NCBI GenBank assembly: GCA_001687465.1
Contig: LVLI01000206.1
Span: forward strand, 62,001-105,055
Direction of reading: 5' to 3'
Source of the DNA: Halocafeteria seosinensis
Lineage: Eukaryota
Length of the DNA: 43,055 nucleotides
The translations under genes were made by a program, and so were the position numbers. The notes beneath the pieces were generated by a model that was not told the DNA's origin, ran no database searches, and saw only the letters and a list, made by a program, of their open reading frames with translations. Positions 32,341-43,055 of the stretch are shown piece by piece. Every line of letters begins with the position of its first letter. Position 1 is the stretch's first letter.

Positions 32341-35300
32341 TCAACGTCCACGTTTTCCACCTTTGCTCTTACCACGTTTACCACCTTTACGTTTTTTGTT
32401 CTCGCCGCGCTTGTCAGCAAGCATTCGTTTGTCCACTCGCTTTACCTTGGCACCCTTCTGAACCTTTCCGTGTTGCCTACCATCCTTGCCCGAAACGACG
32501 GACACAGTTTCCGGCTTCTTCAGCTTAGCTTTCTTCATAGCTTTCTCGGCAGCCTTGGTCTTTGATACATTCGAAAGATCCTGGTCATTAGCAATGTTTG
32601 CAATGTGCCGGCGCGCTTTGTTCACTTTCTCCGCCAGCTTCCGTTTCTTACGCGCCCTGGCTTCGGCGACCTTGTGTACAGGTCGAGCAGAGATTTCCCG
32701 AAAACGCTCCTTGATTTTATCCACTTCGCTTTTATCCACGGGTAACTGTGGACGGAAGTGGGCAGCTTCGTCGGCAGCAAACCACGAAGGCAGCGCAGGG
32801 TCGTCGAATGAATATCGATTGTAGCTAGCATCTACTAGTGCTTTGGCTCTAGTGTGTTTCTTCATCATTTTGCCCAAAGCGAGGATTTCTGCATGCGTAT
32901 CGCTGTCGTATTCTTCATCTCGGGGATCAGGGCTCTCTTCTCCTTGATCAGGTTCCTGCGGTACAATTTCCATTTGTCCATCTTCCTTCCCTTTATTCTG
33001 AGCTTTCCGACCCATACCGGCTTCAATAAGCTTCTTTCTTTCTTTTGTCTTCTGATCATTGTTCTCAGCCTCAATATTTTTGCCTTCATTAGTATCATCT
33101 TCCTTCGCCGAAACTACTTCGAACCCCTGATCTTCGGTTTTCTTCGATCGTTGGTTTTCTTTCTCTCTCTTCTTTCTCAGTTTCTCTTTCCTTTTCTCAC
33201 GCTCACTCTTCGGTATGTTGGCCATTAAATCCATGCTCTCGTCCTCTTCCATTTCATTTTCCTCCCTACCGTTCGTTTCAGCGGATTCATCTTGAACTTC
33301 CCGACCACGCTTTTTTCCGCTAAGAGCCTGAATTTGTTGTGACGGAGGTTCAATTGATTCTTCAGCAGTTACATCGTCAAATAAACTTTGGCTAAACCAT
33401 CGAGAGGCACTCACGCCCTCATCGTTATCTTCATCATCTTCGGATGCTTCCTCGTCGTCTTCTTCCTCAATATCTTCATCGGAACTACTATCGTCATCTT
33501 CATCGTCATCGTCGTCTTTATCCTCCTTACGATCTTTGGGGGGAGCTGCCAACATCTTCAGGTACTGCTGATGTGTATAGTCTAACTTGTCTTCCTTCTG
33601 CTTTAGTTGAGCCTTTGCCTCAGCTTCCATGCGCTGGCGTCGGCTGAGTTTCTTACCACCTGCATGCACTCCTTCTTCTTGCCCTTTGAAAGCTTCCTTA
33701 CTGTTGCGCATGGCCAAGTATTGGTTATATTGATAGTCAAGCTGGTCTTCAAGAGCAGCGAGATATGCTTCACGATCGTCGTCTTCTTCCTCTTCATTTT
33801 CCCTATCCATTGAGTCATCGTTCTCATTCCCATTCTCTTCGTCACTATCCAAGCTGATCTCCCCAATACTTTTGTCATCCTCGTCCTCCTCTTGAATTCC
33901 TGTAGGACCAGCAGTTTGCGGGTTTATCCTGGAGAACTGTGTGTATCCTCCAATATCCGGATCTCCTCCCTCCAAGTTGTAGGTGTCCATGTCGACACTT
34001 TGGTTGTTGAGTCCCAATGCCGCCCGTCGCGCATCCTTCCGTTTTCTTTTGGCTTCCCGTTTAGATTCTCGTTTCTTTTTCTGGTATTCTTCGTGGAGTT
34101 CATTTTCCAATTCTTCGGTCTCATCTTCAGGTTCCTTGTCCCCTTGCTCAGTTTTGCCAGAGTCTTCATCATTTTCTGCTTCCTTGTCCTCCTTTTGCTT
34201 ATCTTTGATAGCCTTCTTGAGATCTTTACGGACCTGAAGTCGCCACTTGAGCAACTCCTTGAAATCCTTTCGCCCCAGCACTTTCAAGTCCGCACAAAAT
34301 GTTTTGATGTCCTCCGTAGTATGCTGTGAGTCGAGATACCCAGACTCTTTAGCTCGCGAATCGAATAAAAGGGATGTAGCCTCACTGATCACTCGAACAG
34401 GGTCGTTACTCTCTATAAAATCGGCTACAGACATGTTTTTCTTCACTAAGAGCGCTTCAGTATCTTCGTATCCTTGCCTTTGTCGGGGTTTCTTCGCCAC
34501 AAGCTGTTTATTCAGTGTTTCGACCGACATTCGCTGCTCTTGTTCTGCAGCTTCTTTGTTCGTGGTCGGGACATCATCGCGGAATACATGAATTGGGTCG
34601 AGCAATCTCGCGTCTATCTTGGAAGGCGCCAAATACTTCTTGCATACAACAAAAATTTCGGCGGACGCACCACGACTCGAATGCGGTTTGGTTGCGTCGA
34701 CTTTATTGAAAAGTTTGTTGAAGACCCATAGGAGCGCATTGTAATCCTTACTCCTGAAAATCTTGGTAACAAACATGCCTCCTTCTTTAAGGAAATCACA
34801 AGCAAGTTTTAAGGATTGTAAGGTTAGCACATTCTGATCATATGCGTCTTGCCTCCAGTCAGCACCAACATTGGGCGCACCATCGTGCAGTACCACATCA
34901 CACTGTAAAGCACGCGAGTCAATTCAATTGCCACCACCACCACCTCTGTGGATCTGCTAATAGCTTTGTCGCTTACCTTTTGCTGCCCCAAGTCTTTTTT
35001 CAAAAGTCTTCGGCAGTCCGTACTGTTAATGTCGGCTTGATGAGTAATCACATTCCGAATCGGTCGAATGGGGTTAATGTCGACTCCAATGACGGTACTC
35101 GACATTGGCATGTACTTTGAGCATACTTGGAGCCATCCTCCCGGCGCCGCACATAAGTCCAGGACCACGTTCGATTTCCCTAAGAAGTCATATTTCTTAT
35201 TCAGTTGAATTAATTTGAACGCCGAACGAGCACGATACCCCTGCAATACATAGGTACAGCAAATGCTGCACACAATATCACACTATGCACTCTGTATAGA

Positions 35301-35379
35301 GCATAAAACGCACCTGCTCCTTGGCATAGTGGTAGTATTTGTCCTTCTCACGGCGCGCTTTCTTGTTGATTTTTCCCAT
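32341..35379 (-). CDS. FTSJ3: Pre-rRNA 2'-O-methyltransferase Spb1/FTSJ3, 3 exons
   Basis: [77 protein letters not shown], an acidic middle region, and the Spb1 C-terminal [28 protein letters not shown]. Confidence 0.96.
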
Positions 35380-35740
35380 TGTACACAAGGATGGTTACTC
35401 TATAATATCTCGCCTGTGCTGTGCGTTTGTATACGCCTGTGTGTTTGTGTATACTATGTGGTAATAACCCTTGCTGCCGGCTTCAACTACAGAATTTTAG
35501 ACGGCTGCCTTGCTCGCCATACAGGTTGGATAGACACAGATCCAAACCTGTCTCGTCGTTTGTACAGAATTGTACTATATATCACAATACTGAGTGATTC
35601 CGTCGTGTATAGACACTGCATGGCGCCGCAAATGAGTCCCTGGTAGTGTCACTTCAACTTCATGTTGTGTCGAATATGTCATTTACCCGGCGTATTTACG
35701 GTTTGTTGGGAACATTTTAGCGATACTAAGTCTGCAAAGA

Positions 35741-37236
35741 ATGGCACACACAGAAGAACCTAACGGGATGCAGCAGCCGGAGGAAGAACCTGTCGTGTAC
35801 AAATACTTTGTACGTGACAGGCACCTCCCGGAGGAGGAGGACGCCGTGGATGATAGCTATACACTTTCTCCGTCCTTTAAGGACTCGGAGACAGTCCGTC
35901 AGGAGGCCAATTTGGCCATTCAGTTGTCGCCGTCGCATTCTGCGCGGATGCAGAAATACGTCCAGGAACTTTTCCCGAACCGTGCGGAAGTGGAGTTTCT
36001 CGCACGGGCCAAACCGCCTTTAACGCACACTAACAAATCCGAGGAAAGGTTCTTGCTCTACCGCTGCCGGGAACCTTTGCAGGTACTCAATCGACTCAGT
36101 GACGACGCACACGTATCCCACTGTATTCGGAGAATCTGCCTCATTGACGGCTGGAAACAGGACCTGACAGAAGCTGTTAACACGGCGGCATTACTGGCAA
36201 TTGAACGGGGTTATGGACCCAAACAACCTGACGTGGAACCATATCAAATTTGCCCGTCGTGTGGTGGTCGAGGGGAACTGATTGTTCGGTTCCAACAGTT
36301 TCCAAAGCACATATTATACGACCTGCTTCATCAGTTTCAAGATAGTGGAAGGTACGTTTGTTGCTTTTTGCATACCGTAAGAGTCTCGGGGTGTATATTT
36401 TTCTTACCCTTGTTGTGTACAGAATCCATTTATGCTCTCAGGGCTTTTCAGTGGTCATTAATGTTATAGAGTTACACGGCGGCTACTTCTACGGTGTGGG
36501 CGACCGCTCAACATTTTTGGGTCATATGGCTGGGAGGAACGTCGTCAATGACAATAAGTCCAAAGCGTTTTACAAAATAAGAGAAGCATTTCTTCGCGGA
36601 AACCTATGGAAACAACAGGATCCCCATCCTTCGAGTAACAAATTTGCAATAGATGTGGGGGCAGCACCCGGAGGCTGGTCAACATTTCTGGCTTCCGAAT
36701 TACAGTATGACAAAGTACTGGCTATAGACTCTGGAGACTTGAGTTCTCCCATCCATCCCAATATTGTGCATATTCGGCGCAAGGCGGAAGATGCTGCTGT
36801 CCCTATTCAGGAAGCACTAACTATGGAGGGTGACAGTGCAGCTGCTGATACGTATCTGTGTGATATGAACGTCAATCCCAAAAAGACTTTTCGCGTCTTC
36901 ATGGAGTTATCTCAGTTTTGCGGTGGTGGTTGTCGGGTCGTACTTACTTTGAAGAATTTTTGTGGGTCGAACTCTGTTTGGAGAGATCAAGTAAGGCAAT
37001 GCAAAGAGATTGCCAGGGACTACCTTTGCTACCCAGAAACCGTATCCATACTGCACTTGCTATGTAATGCACCAAAGGAAAAAACATTAAGCGGCGTTCT
37101 ACTGCCTTCTGGGGAACGTCAGATGGAGACGGCCTGGGCAATGCTCAACCAGAAGATAAAATATATAGAACGGGATTCTAGCAAGGCCATGGAGTCGTGC
37201 GAAGGACGCACATACAGTTTCGAGAGATCCCCATAA
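35741..37236 (+). CDS. FtsJ-fold RNA 2'-O-methyltransferase resembling RlmM-like proteins; intron ~36352-36422
   Basis: SKAFYKIREA, AIDVGAAPGGWS, VLAIDSG, LCDMN, VLTLKN and HLLCN..KE give a K-D-K-E tetrad. Confidence 0.8.
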
Positions 37237-37437
37237 TGGGTGGAGGGATGACGGAGCCAGTGTTTCAATATAAAGTTACATTCCAAGTTCGTGTTATTTA
37301 TAATTTTTTTTCGAGAAACCGATTGAAAACCCAATAGTATAGTCGAGAAGATCCAGCAGCCAAGAGAAACTTGAAGTTGCGGTGAATCTTCCTGAAACGA
37401 GACCTGTACGGCGATGTACATGGCGAGACTTTACTGC

Positions 37438-38699
37438 TTAGCGCTGCTCGTTAGAGTCTTCTCCAGAAAGCCCTTTGAAAAGATCCTGAGGTGGTAATCC
37501 TTCAAAGGCAACCTTGTGGATGGTGGTGAAAAGCGGGAAATCTTTTTCACACTTGTTGGCCTTGATGATTTTGTAGACCTCTTCGGAGGCCAGAGTTCCT
37601 TGGAGTTTCTGTCCTCCAAGCAGTTCTTGTTCCAATGTTTCCCAGTCTTTTCCACCTTTGGCGAAGGCTTCGGCGCATTTGCGATTACGGCCTCCGTAGC
37701 ATGTGGTGATCAAATCGGCAATACCACAGGATTCCAAGAAAGTTTCATCTTTGATTCCTTCAAAGAAACGATGGCAGAATGCCTTCATTTCGGCAAGTCC
37801 GATACGAATGATGGCCGATTTAGTGTTACCCCCATAGTTAAGGCCATCGACGAATCCAGCTCCTAATGCAACAATGTTCTTGAGAGCACCGCAGAGTTCC
37901 ACACCATTGGAGTCCTCCACGACATTGACCTTGAACGTCGGAGTGTCAAACAATTTGCGGAAGATTTCTCCTTGCTCTTTGTTGTGTGATCCAATAGTTG
38001 CTTCACAGAATTCATCCTTTGCAACTTCATTGGCAACGTTAGCTCCCATCAGAGAAGCAACTTCGCAATCCAGACCACTGCGAATGGTGTCACTGACCAA
38101 TTTGATGCCCTGTTCATCAAAGTCAATCCCCTGCAAGCGAGAGCGACACCCTCGTTCTTCTTCATTCATCTCTACGACACGTGCCGGACAGCCCACGTAC
38201 CTTGATCAAAGTGATGGCGGCGGCATCCTTGTGCATATTGCTCTTGATGGTGGGTAAGAGCCGTGGCAAAAATTGATGGGGAAGGACGAATACCAATAAC
38301 GTGGCGTCATTGACGGCCTTTTCCAATTCCGGTACGGCTTGGACGTTCTCTGGGAGCTTGACACCGGGGAGATACTTGACATTCTCGTGCTTTTCGTTAA
38401 TGATTTCGGTAAGATTTTTGCCTTCTACCTGTTCCTCGTAGACCCACATGCTCACTTTATCTTCGAAAGTAGGGTAGCGTTTGGCATTGCTCCCGACAAT
38501 CCGAGCAATAGCGGAGCCCCTGCAGTACGCACAATTGCACACACATCGTTATACCCCGTACAACCACTGTATATACCAACCACTCTTTTGGTTGGCTGGC
38601 TCTGGACAAGCCGCGGATTGTTCTTAAGAACAACAGATCCTCTACATACCAGTTGCCGGAGCCGATGATAGCCACACGTTGTGCAATGTTGGATGCCAT
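37438..38699 (-). CDS. GPD1: NAD-dependent glycerol-3-phosphate dehydrogenase, 3 exons
   Basis: VAIIGSGNW|GSAIA, HENVKYLPG, FVLPHQF, LMGANVANEVA, VELCGALKNIVA, ESCGIADLITTCYGGRNRK and LGGQKLQG. Confidence 0.96.
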
Positions 38700-38973
38700 C
38701 TTGCTTGACTGATTTCCTTCCTTCGCTTGTTTCTCTACGGACTGGCGGGCGTGCTACGGTCGGTCACAATCCTGTCCTGTCATTGAATTGAGCGGCTGTT
38801 CTGGCCCAGCAAGCAAGGCGAACTTCACAAACCAACACGACAGACAGGAAGTCAAGTTGAACCACTCTTACTATTCAGTGGTGCTGCTGTTATTGGTCAG
38901 AAGAGAGGATACACCTTACCTGCTATATATACAACCAGTGTAGTGTACTGTATGCATGTACTGTCCCGTCACA

Positions 38974-39546
38974 ATGAGTGAGCAAGAGGGAGCTTACGGG
39001 GATTTTACCAGCCAAAATGAGGACATGATGACGCTCGCAGAGATACGGGCGCGGTTCGATCCTAAACTGAGTATGTTTTAAATCTACCTGCTTGCTGGTG
39101 GTTATCTCGTAAGTAACCAGTGTGCCTGCAGGATACCATTCAATGAAACTAGAGGAGGGAATCGCCAATGTCGGACAATCCATTCTAGACCCATGCACAC
39201 AGTCCATTACGGCCACGAATTCTCAACTAGAAAGGTCGTTACGGGAGGCGAGAGTATGTAACCTTTCTGTGCGTATGTGTCGGCAGGACTTAAACTCTTG
39301 TCCCGCATGCAGACGCTAAAGCATGGAGTATCCTCTCTCGAGCAACATTGGGAGCAGTTAGCCAAGGAGGCAAGGGGTTGTCACTCCAAGGCGCGCTCAC
39401 TACTAATGTCCGGAGCTGTAAAGGGACAGTCAACTTCCAAGCAGAGTCATGCCGACCGCGAAGGGACTCAAGCGAGTGGAGCAGCCGCTGGAGCTGATAC
39501 GGCGAGTGAAGCTCTTGCACGTGAACCCGAGGACAAGCGTGCTTAG
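38974..39546 (+). CDS. Small coiled-coil hypothetical protein, about 3 exons
   Basis: ATG at 38974, GTATGT donors near 39071 and 39254, and CAG acceptors near 39131 and 39311 join one frame with heptad-like character. It is divergent from GPD1. No family could be assigned with confidence. Confidence 0.5.
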
Positions 39547-40394
39547 ATAGCGCTTCAAAGTTGATGGTCGGTGGTTTTGCATGTGGTACAAGTTGTACAG
39601 GAAGAGGCAGAGTGAGAGAAATGGTCTGGTCTGGCAGATTCAGACGGCAGTGCAAAGCTACCGTACCTATAAATCGGAATCTATCGCTCCTGTCGCTGGC
39701 CGGGCGAGGCTTTCGAACGAATTGTGTTGCAGCACACCATAGGAAGGAACACGTTGGATCGGTATTCAGGTTTACATCAGACTAATTACTGAGATCCCGG
39801 GTCCAGCAAGCAAAATTGAAGCAAGTGGAAGTACTTCCCTCCTTATTCGAGCTGCTCGACTCAAAAAGTACGACATATTTGGCCGGTGCACAAGAAGGGA
39901 TGACGCTGACCATAAGTCTACAATTGTCCGTAATGTAATCTCGTGGACTTGACCCCTAAGGGATGCAGTTAACCATCTGCCACAGCTGTCTGTAGCTTGA
40001 CATGTCTATTTTAGATAATAAGCGACGATCCCTCTTAACGCGCTCTAGTCTTCCTTCCTCGTTTCCACAATGATTGAACATCTTCGTCTGCGAACTACCA
40101 CAGCCTAGCACATGTCAGACTCTGACAGTCAGAGGTGTCTGGATCCCAGAGTCTGGGAAGTCCAAATTCAGATTGAAGTTACTTTGTTTCGTCAATTTGA
40201 GTCATTATTTGACCCACAGGCTGGCAGCCACAGCCAGGCTGAGTGAGTCTTGAAGTTGAGAGTCTACTTGAGACGACGTTTTCGAGTTTGTCATACGTTT
40301 ATGTAATCGAGACGCAAAACCAAATGTATGTATCTCTATCGAATTTACGCAATCTCTGCTCTCGTGCATGCTCGTATTTTGGCAATGCAGGACC

Positions 40395-40784
40395 ATGGAG
40401 TCCGAGGAAGAAGCGTGGCGATCGCTCAACGGCGTCTTTAACTCTCCCCAGGCAACCTTACCCATTGTACGTCGTTTGTTAGACCTGGAATGCTACAGTG
40501 TGGAGCCCACTCTCCAGAGAATACTCACCGATATCATTGTCGCCCAACCTGACAAGAGCGAGCTGAAGGACTTCATTAAGGCACGATTGGATGGCGCACA
40601 AAGTTCGAATACGACCATCCCCTCGGCGACGAATGATGAAGCATCCGTCAATCAATATCTAAATGACAGTGTCAACCCTATATTGACCCATATCATTGAA
40701 TACGTGGCGAAGCATAACCCAAGCACGGAAGATGAAGCCATACAGTACCTCCACGACGCAGTGGACGACTGTGTAAGCGAGTAG
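40395..40784 (+). CDS. Small protein with two Dpy-30/RIIa-like dimerisation-docking motifs
   Basis: YSVEPTLQRILTDIIVAQPD..LKDFI and VNQYLNDSVNPILTHIIEYVAKHNPS..AIQYL. A possible upstream exon is suggested by the acceptor-like TGCAG at 40386-40390. Confidence 0.62.
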   Translation: MESEEEAWRSLNGVFNSPQATLPIVRRLLDLECYSVEPTLQRILTDIIVAQPDKSELKDFIKARLDGAQSSNTTIPSATNDEASVNQYLNDSVNPILTHIIEYVAKHNPSTEDEAIQYLHDAVDDCVSE

Positions 40785-41450
40785 GAATTGGCGTTGCTAA
40801 GGATACTCAACGAAAACAGCTTAGCGAAAATACCAAAAGCATCTACAACTGATGGATGTAGGACATCCAATTTCCATTGCTCTTTCGTTCGGAAAGCAGA
40901 TGTCCAGAGCCATGGGCACTTGACTTAGTTGACTAAGGATTACAAAAAGATCAGTCTTACAACCTTACACCAGTGTTTGTTTAATTGACCAGTTGAGTTA
41001 CCGCAAGAATGGTGAAAATAAAACAACAGTTGGTACAAGTAGGTGAATTGTCCACTATGGAACTTATGGGTCAAAGAATCGCGAACTCGGCTTATTCTGC
41101 GATGACGCGCGTAAGGAATAAAACGTCCAACCTCATTCACCACTTTTCGGAGCTTGCGGAGAGTAAAAGACTTCATTTTACTATAAAAAGTTAAGTAACA
41201 GGAACTTTCAGCACCAATACCGTCATAGCCTGCTACTGGTATGACTCCCATGCAGATTGGGACATCACCAAGATTCAGACAGATATCAGGAAGGTATTTT
41301 CCCAATCCAAAGCATCTGAGCGAATAAATAGACTGAATTTGGTGAAATTCATCTGCAGGAGAATGGACTCTGTATCGCCATACATGTATTCGAGTGATCA
41401 CGGTGGGTCACTCTGGTAACTGGCTTAACAACACCTATCACGGTAAGTTT

Positions 41451-41560
41451 TATAACCCCGCGAATTTTTAATAAATTTTACGTATATTAATTAAAGCTTA
41501 TCCGTTAATTGATTCAGTGTTTTGTCGTTAGTTTCCAGTTCAGAAGACTTCCGAAGGGTT
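41451..41560 (-). repeat. Dispersed repeat, copy 2
   Basis: Reverse-complement match to 28021-28151 (see copy 1). Confidence 0.75.
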
Positions 41561-42046
41561 GGTCGTATTCGAACTCAGACACTCCTGCCAGCTCCCTTTT
41601 CTACACTTCCGAAGACTGGGAAATACTCAACCAAGGACCGTGCACCACTGGAGAAGACGAGTACAAAGAACGATGGTAAGATTAGCTCACTTGTATATTC
41701 AGTGATTCAAAGCAGTCACCCGATTCCTACCTTCGGCATGTTTCGGTTCCGGGGAGCTTTGCTGGACCATGCAGGAGGGCCCTGGGGAGATCTTCGACGG
41801 CGCGAAATCCCCCAACTACATTTCCACTTAGCCGGTAGGCCATATACTATACAAACAACTACTAGAATACTGAGAAAGACAACACAGCCTCTTTAGGAGC
41901 GACGCCCACCCGCCGGTTGGTGTTTCGGTACCGGTACCGTCTGAACAGCTGCCTGGAGAAGCGAGGGGCTGCTGTTTCCTCAGCCTCAGTGTGTACTAAC
42001 GAAGCAGTCTAGTCCACATAATGTGCTATCCCGTGAATAGTCAAAA

Positions 42047-43055
42047 TTAACTGTTGTGACCGTAGGATGACACGGTTCTTGAAGGATGTTGTGCCTTCAA
42101 TACCCGGCATGCTTCTCTACCCCAGCGAGGCTGTACCTCTAATGGACGGCACGATTGACAGTCTCGGTAACCGACCCTACTGTACGTTCCTGGGGGACAA
42201 GGATCACACTGTGTTTTGCTGAGGTTCGGCACGTGACCAGCCTTGCAGAGGTGGCAAACTGGATCCGTAGAATTTACCACCGATCCTTGTGGACACGGGA
42301 AGCAATGATCGCCGGACTCGGCAGGAACTTTTCCCTCTGCGCAACGTGTACAATTAGTATCGGTTTCGTTTGCCACATAAAAAGGTGGGCAGGGTACGCA
42401 TGCATTCCGTGCGGGGTTTGGGACGGCGCCTGTTCCGCATTCCTGGCAACCCACAGTCCCATTCGAAACAGTGTAGGATGGGCACTCATTTATCTTCAGT
42501 TCGAAGGAACAGATATTGCTTACAGTTACTGATGTATAAGTTCTTGGGGCATTCCGAACCCAAATAGAGCCGCTTGCCCAACCCCATCCTTCAGATTGTT
42601 TATCATTCTCGCCCCAATGGAGTCGAAACATATCAGATGGTAGCACCTGGAAGATATCACCATTTCCCGCAAATGTATGAGTACCACCCCGTGACATCAA
42701 ACTTTGGAGTCTCCCGTAACTCGTTACCGGCCCCTCTTCCCGTGGCGAACCAAAGGCAAAATCGCCAAAGTCACTCTGTGTCCAGCGAGTGTAATACTGT
42801 CCCTTGAAGATCTCACTCAAATGAGCAGAATGCCTGATATTCGAGGTAGCACGAATATTAAAATTCTCAAGAAAGAACTCCGTATACCCAAAAGGGATAG
42901 GAATATCGTAGTGTGCAAAGTGATCTGAGTGCGGACCAGTACCATCAACCGTGTATGGTCTTATTCCTTCCCAGAATCCAAAGTTTGCGACGTCTCCGTA
43001 TGTTGAAAGAGTAGCATTTAGAAGTTGTTTAGCTATAAGCGGGGTGATCTCGGTG
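42047..43055 (-). CDS. Partial Cys-rich surface/secreted protein with GCC2_GCC3 (ephrin-receptor-like) CxxC repeats; 5' end outside the window
   Basis: The frame is open from the window edge (TEITPLIAKQLLNATL...). A G/W-rich domain is followed by repeats such as CQECGTG, CVPCPPF, CTRCAEG, CFPCPQG, CHLCKAG and CDPCPPGTYS, with several NxS/T sequons. The 3' exon structure is unresolved. Confidence 0.75.
   Translation of the reverse strand, partial: TEITPLIAKQLLNATLSTYGDVANFGFWEGIRPYTVDGTGPHSDHFAHYDIPIPFGYTEFFLENFNIRATSNIRHSAHLSEIFKGQYYTRWTQSDFGDFAFGSPREEGPVTSYGRLQSLMSRGGTHTFAGNGDIFQVLPSDMFRLHWGENDKQSEGWGWASGSIWVRNAPRTYTSVTVSNICSFELKINECPSYTVSNGTVGCQECGTGAVPNPARNACVPCPPFYVANETDTNCTRCAEGKVPAESGDHCFPCPQGSVVNSTDPVCHLCKAGHVPNLSKTQCDPCPPGTYSRVGYRDCQSCRPLEVQPRWGREACRVLKAQHPSRTVSSYGHNS

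Noticed and set aside
33400..33900. GAT/GAA-rich low-complexity repeats
   Set aside because: They encode the normal acidic region of Spb1/FTSJ3.
39561..40360. Short ORFs between the coiled-coil and Dpy-30-like genes
   Set aside because: No consistent gene model or motif.
28021..41560. A single 13-kb transposon bounded by the inverted repeats
   Set aside because: The interior holds housekeeping genes (FTSJ3, GPD1) and no transposase, and the repeats are only ~80% identical.
40940..41896. ORFs 40940-41401 (-) and 41522-41896 (+)
   Set aside because: They have non-ATG starts and no recognisable domain, and they overlap or adjoin a repeat. They may be relic exons.
1..43055. CRISPR arrays, prokaryotic operons, and the many antisense or overlapping ORFs in the track
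   Set aside because: No repeat-spacer array was seen. The DNA is eukaryotic with spliceosomal introns, and the overlapping ORFs are shadows of the real genes.

Overview
Gene-dense DNA from a unicellular eukaryote. Most genes are split by short (~55-100 nt) GT-AG introns, so the ORF track fragments them; the lineage cannot be fixed from sequence alone. Most of the window is housekeeping or conserved genes: a Zn2Cys6 factor, an HtrA-like protein, an LRR protein, NAPRT, an SLC25A38-type carrier, tRNA-Gln(CTG), a large HAD 5'-nucleotidase, a J-protein, a JmjC protein, PRCP, TRMT2A, SPB1/FTSJ3, an RlmM-like MTase, GPD1, a Dpy-30-like protein and a partial Cys-rich surface protein. The standout is an accessory block at 23.0-32.0 kb. 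It holds two tandem 10-exon paralogs with identical intron phases, each encoding a CHAT (caspase-like) domain, a STAND/NB-ARC-like P-loop NTPase and a STAT-like linker-SH2 domain. One copy keeps the His/Cys dyad but has an atypical Walker A (GKR). The other has lost both catalytic residues, keeps a canonical Walker A (GKS) and starts with an N-myristoylation/polybasic anchor. This suggests a paired NLR-like, phosphotyrosine-responsive protease system (inference). Between them lie a decayed RLE-type non-LTR retroelement 3' end, an inverted structured relative of it, and a dispersed repeat. All domain calls come from motif reading by eye; no database searches were run.
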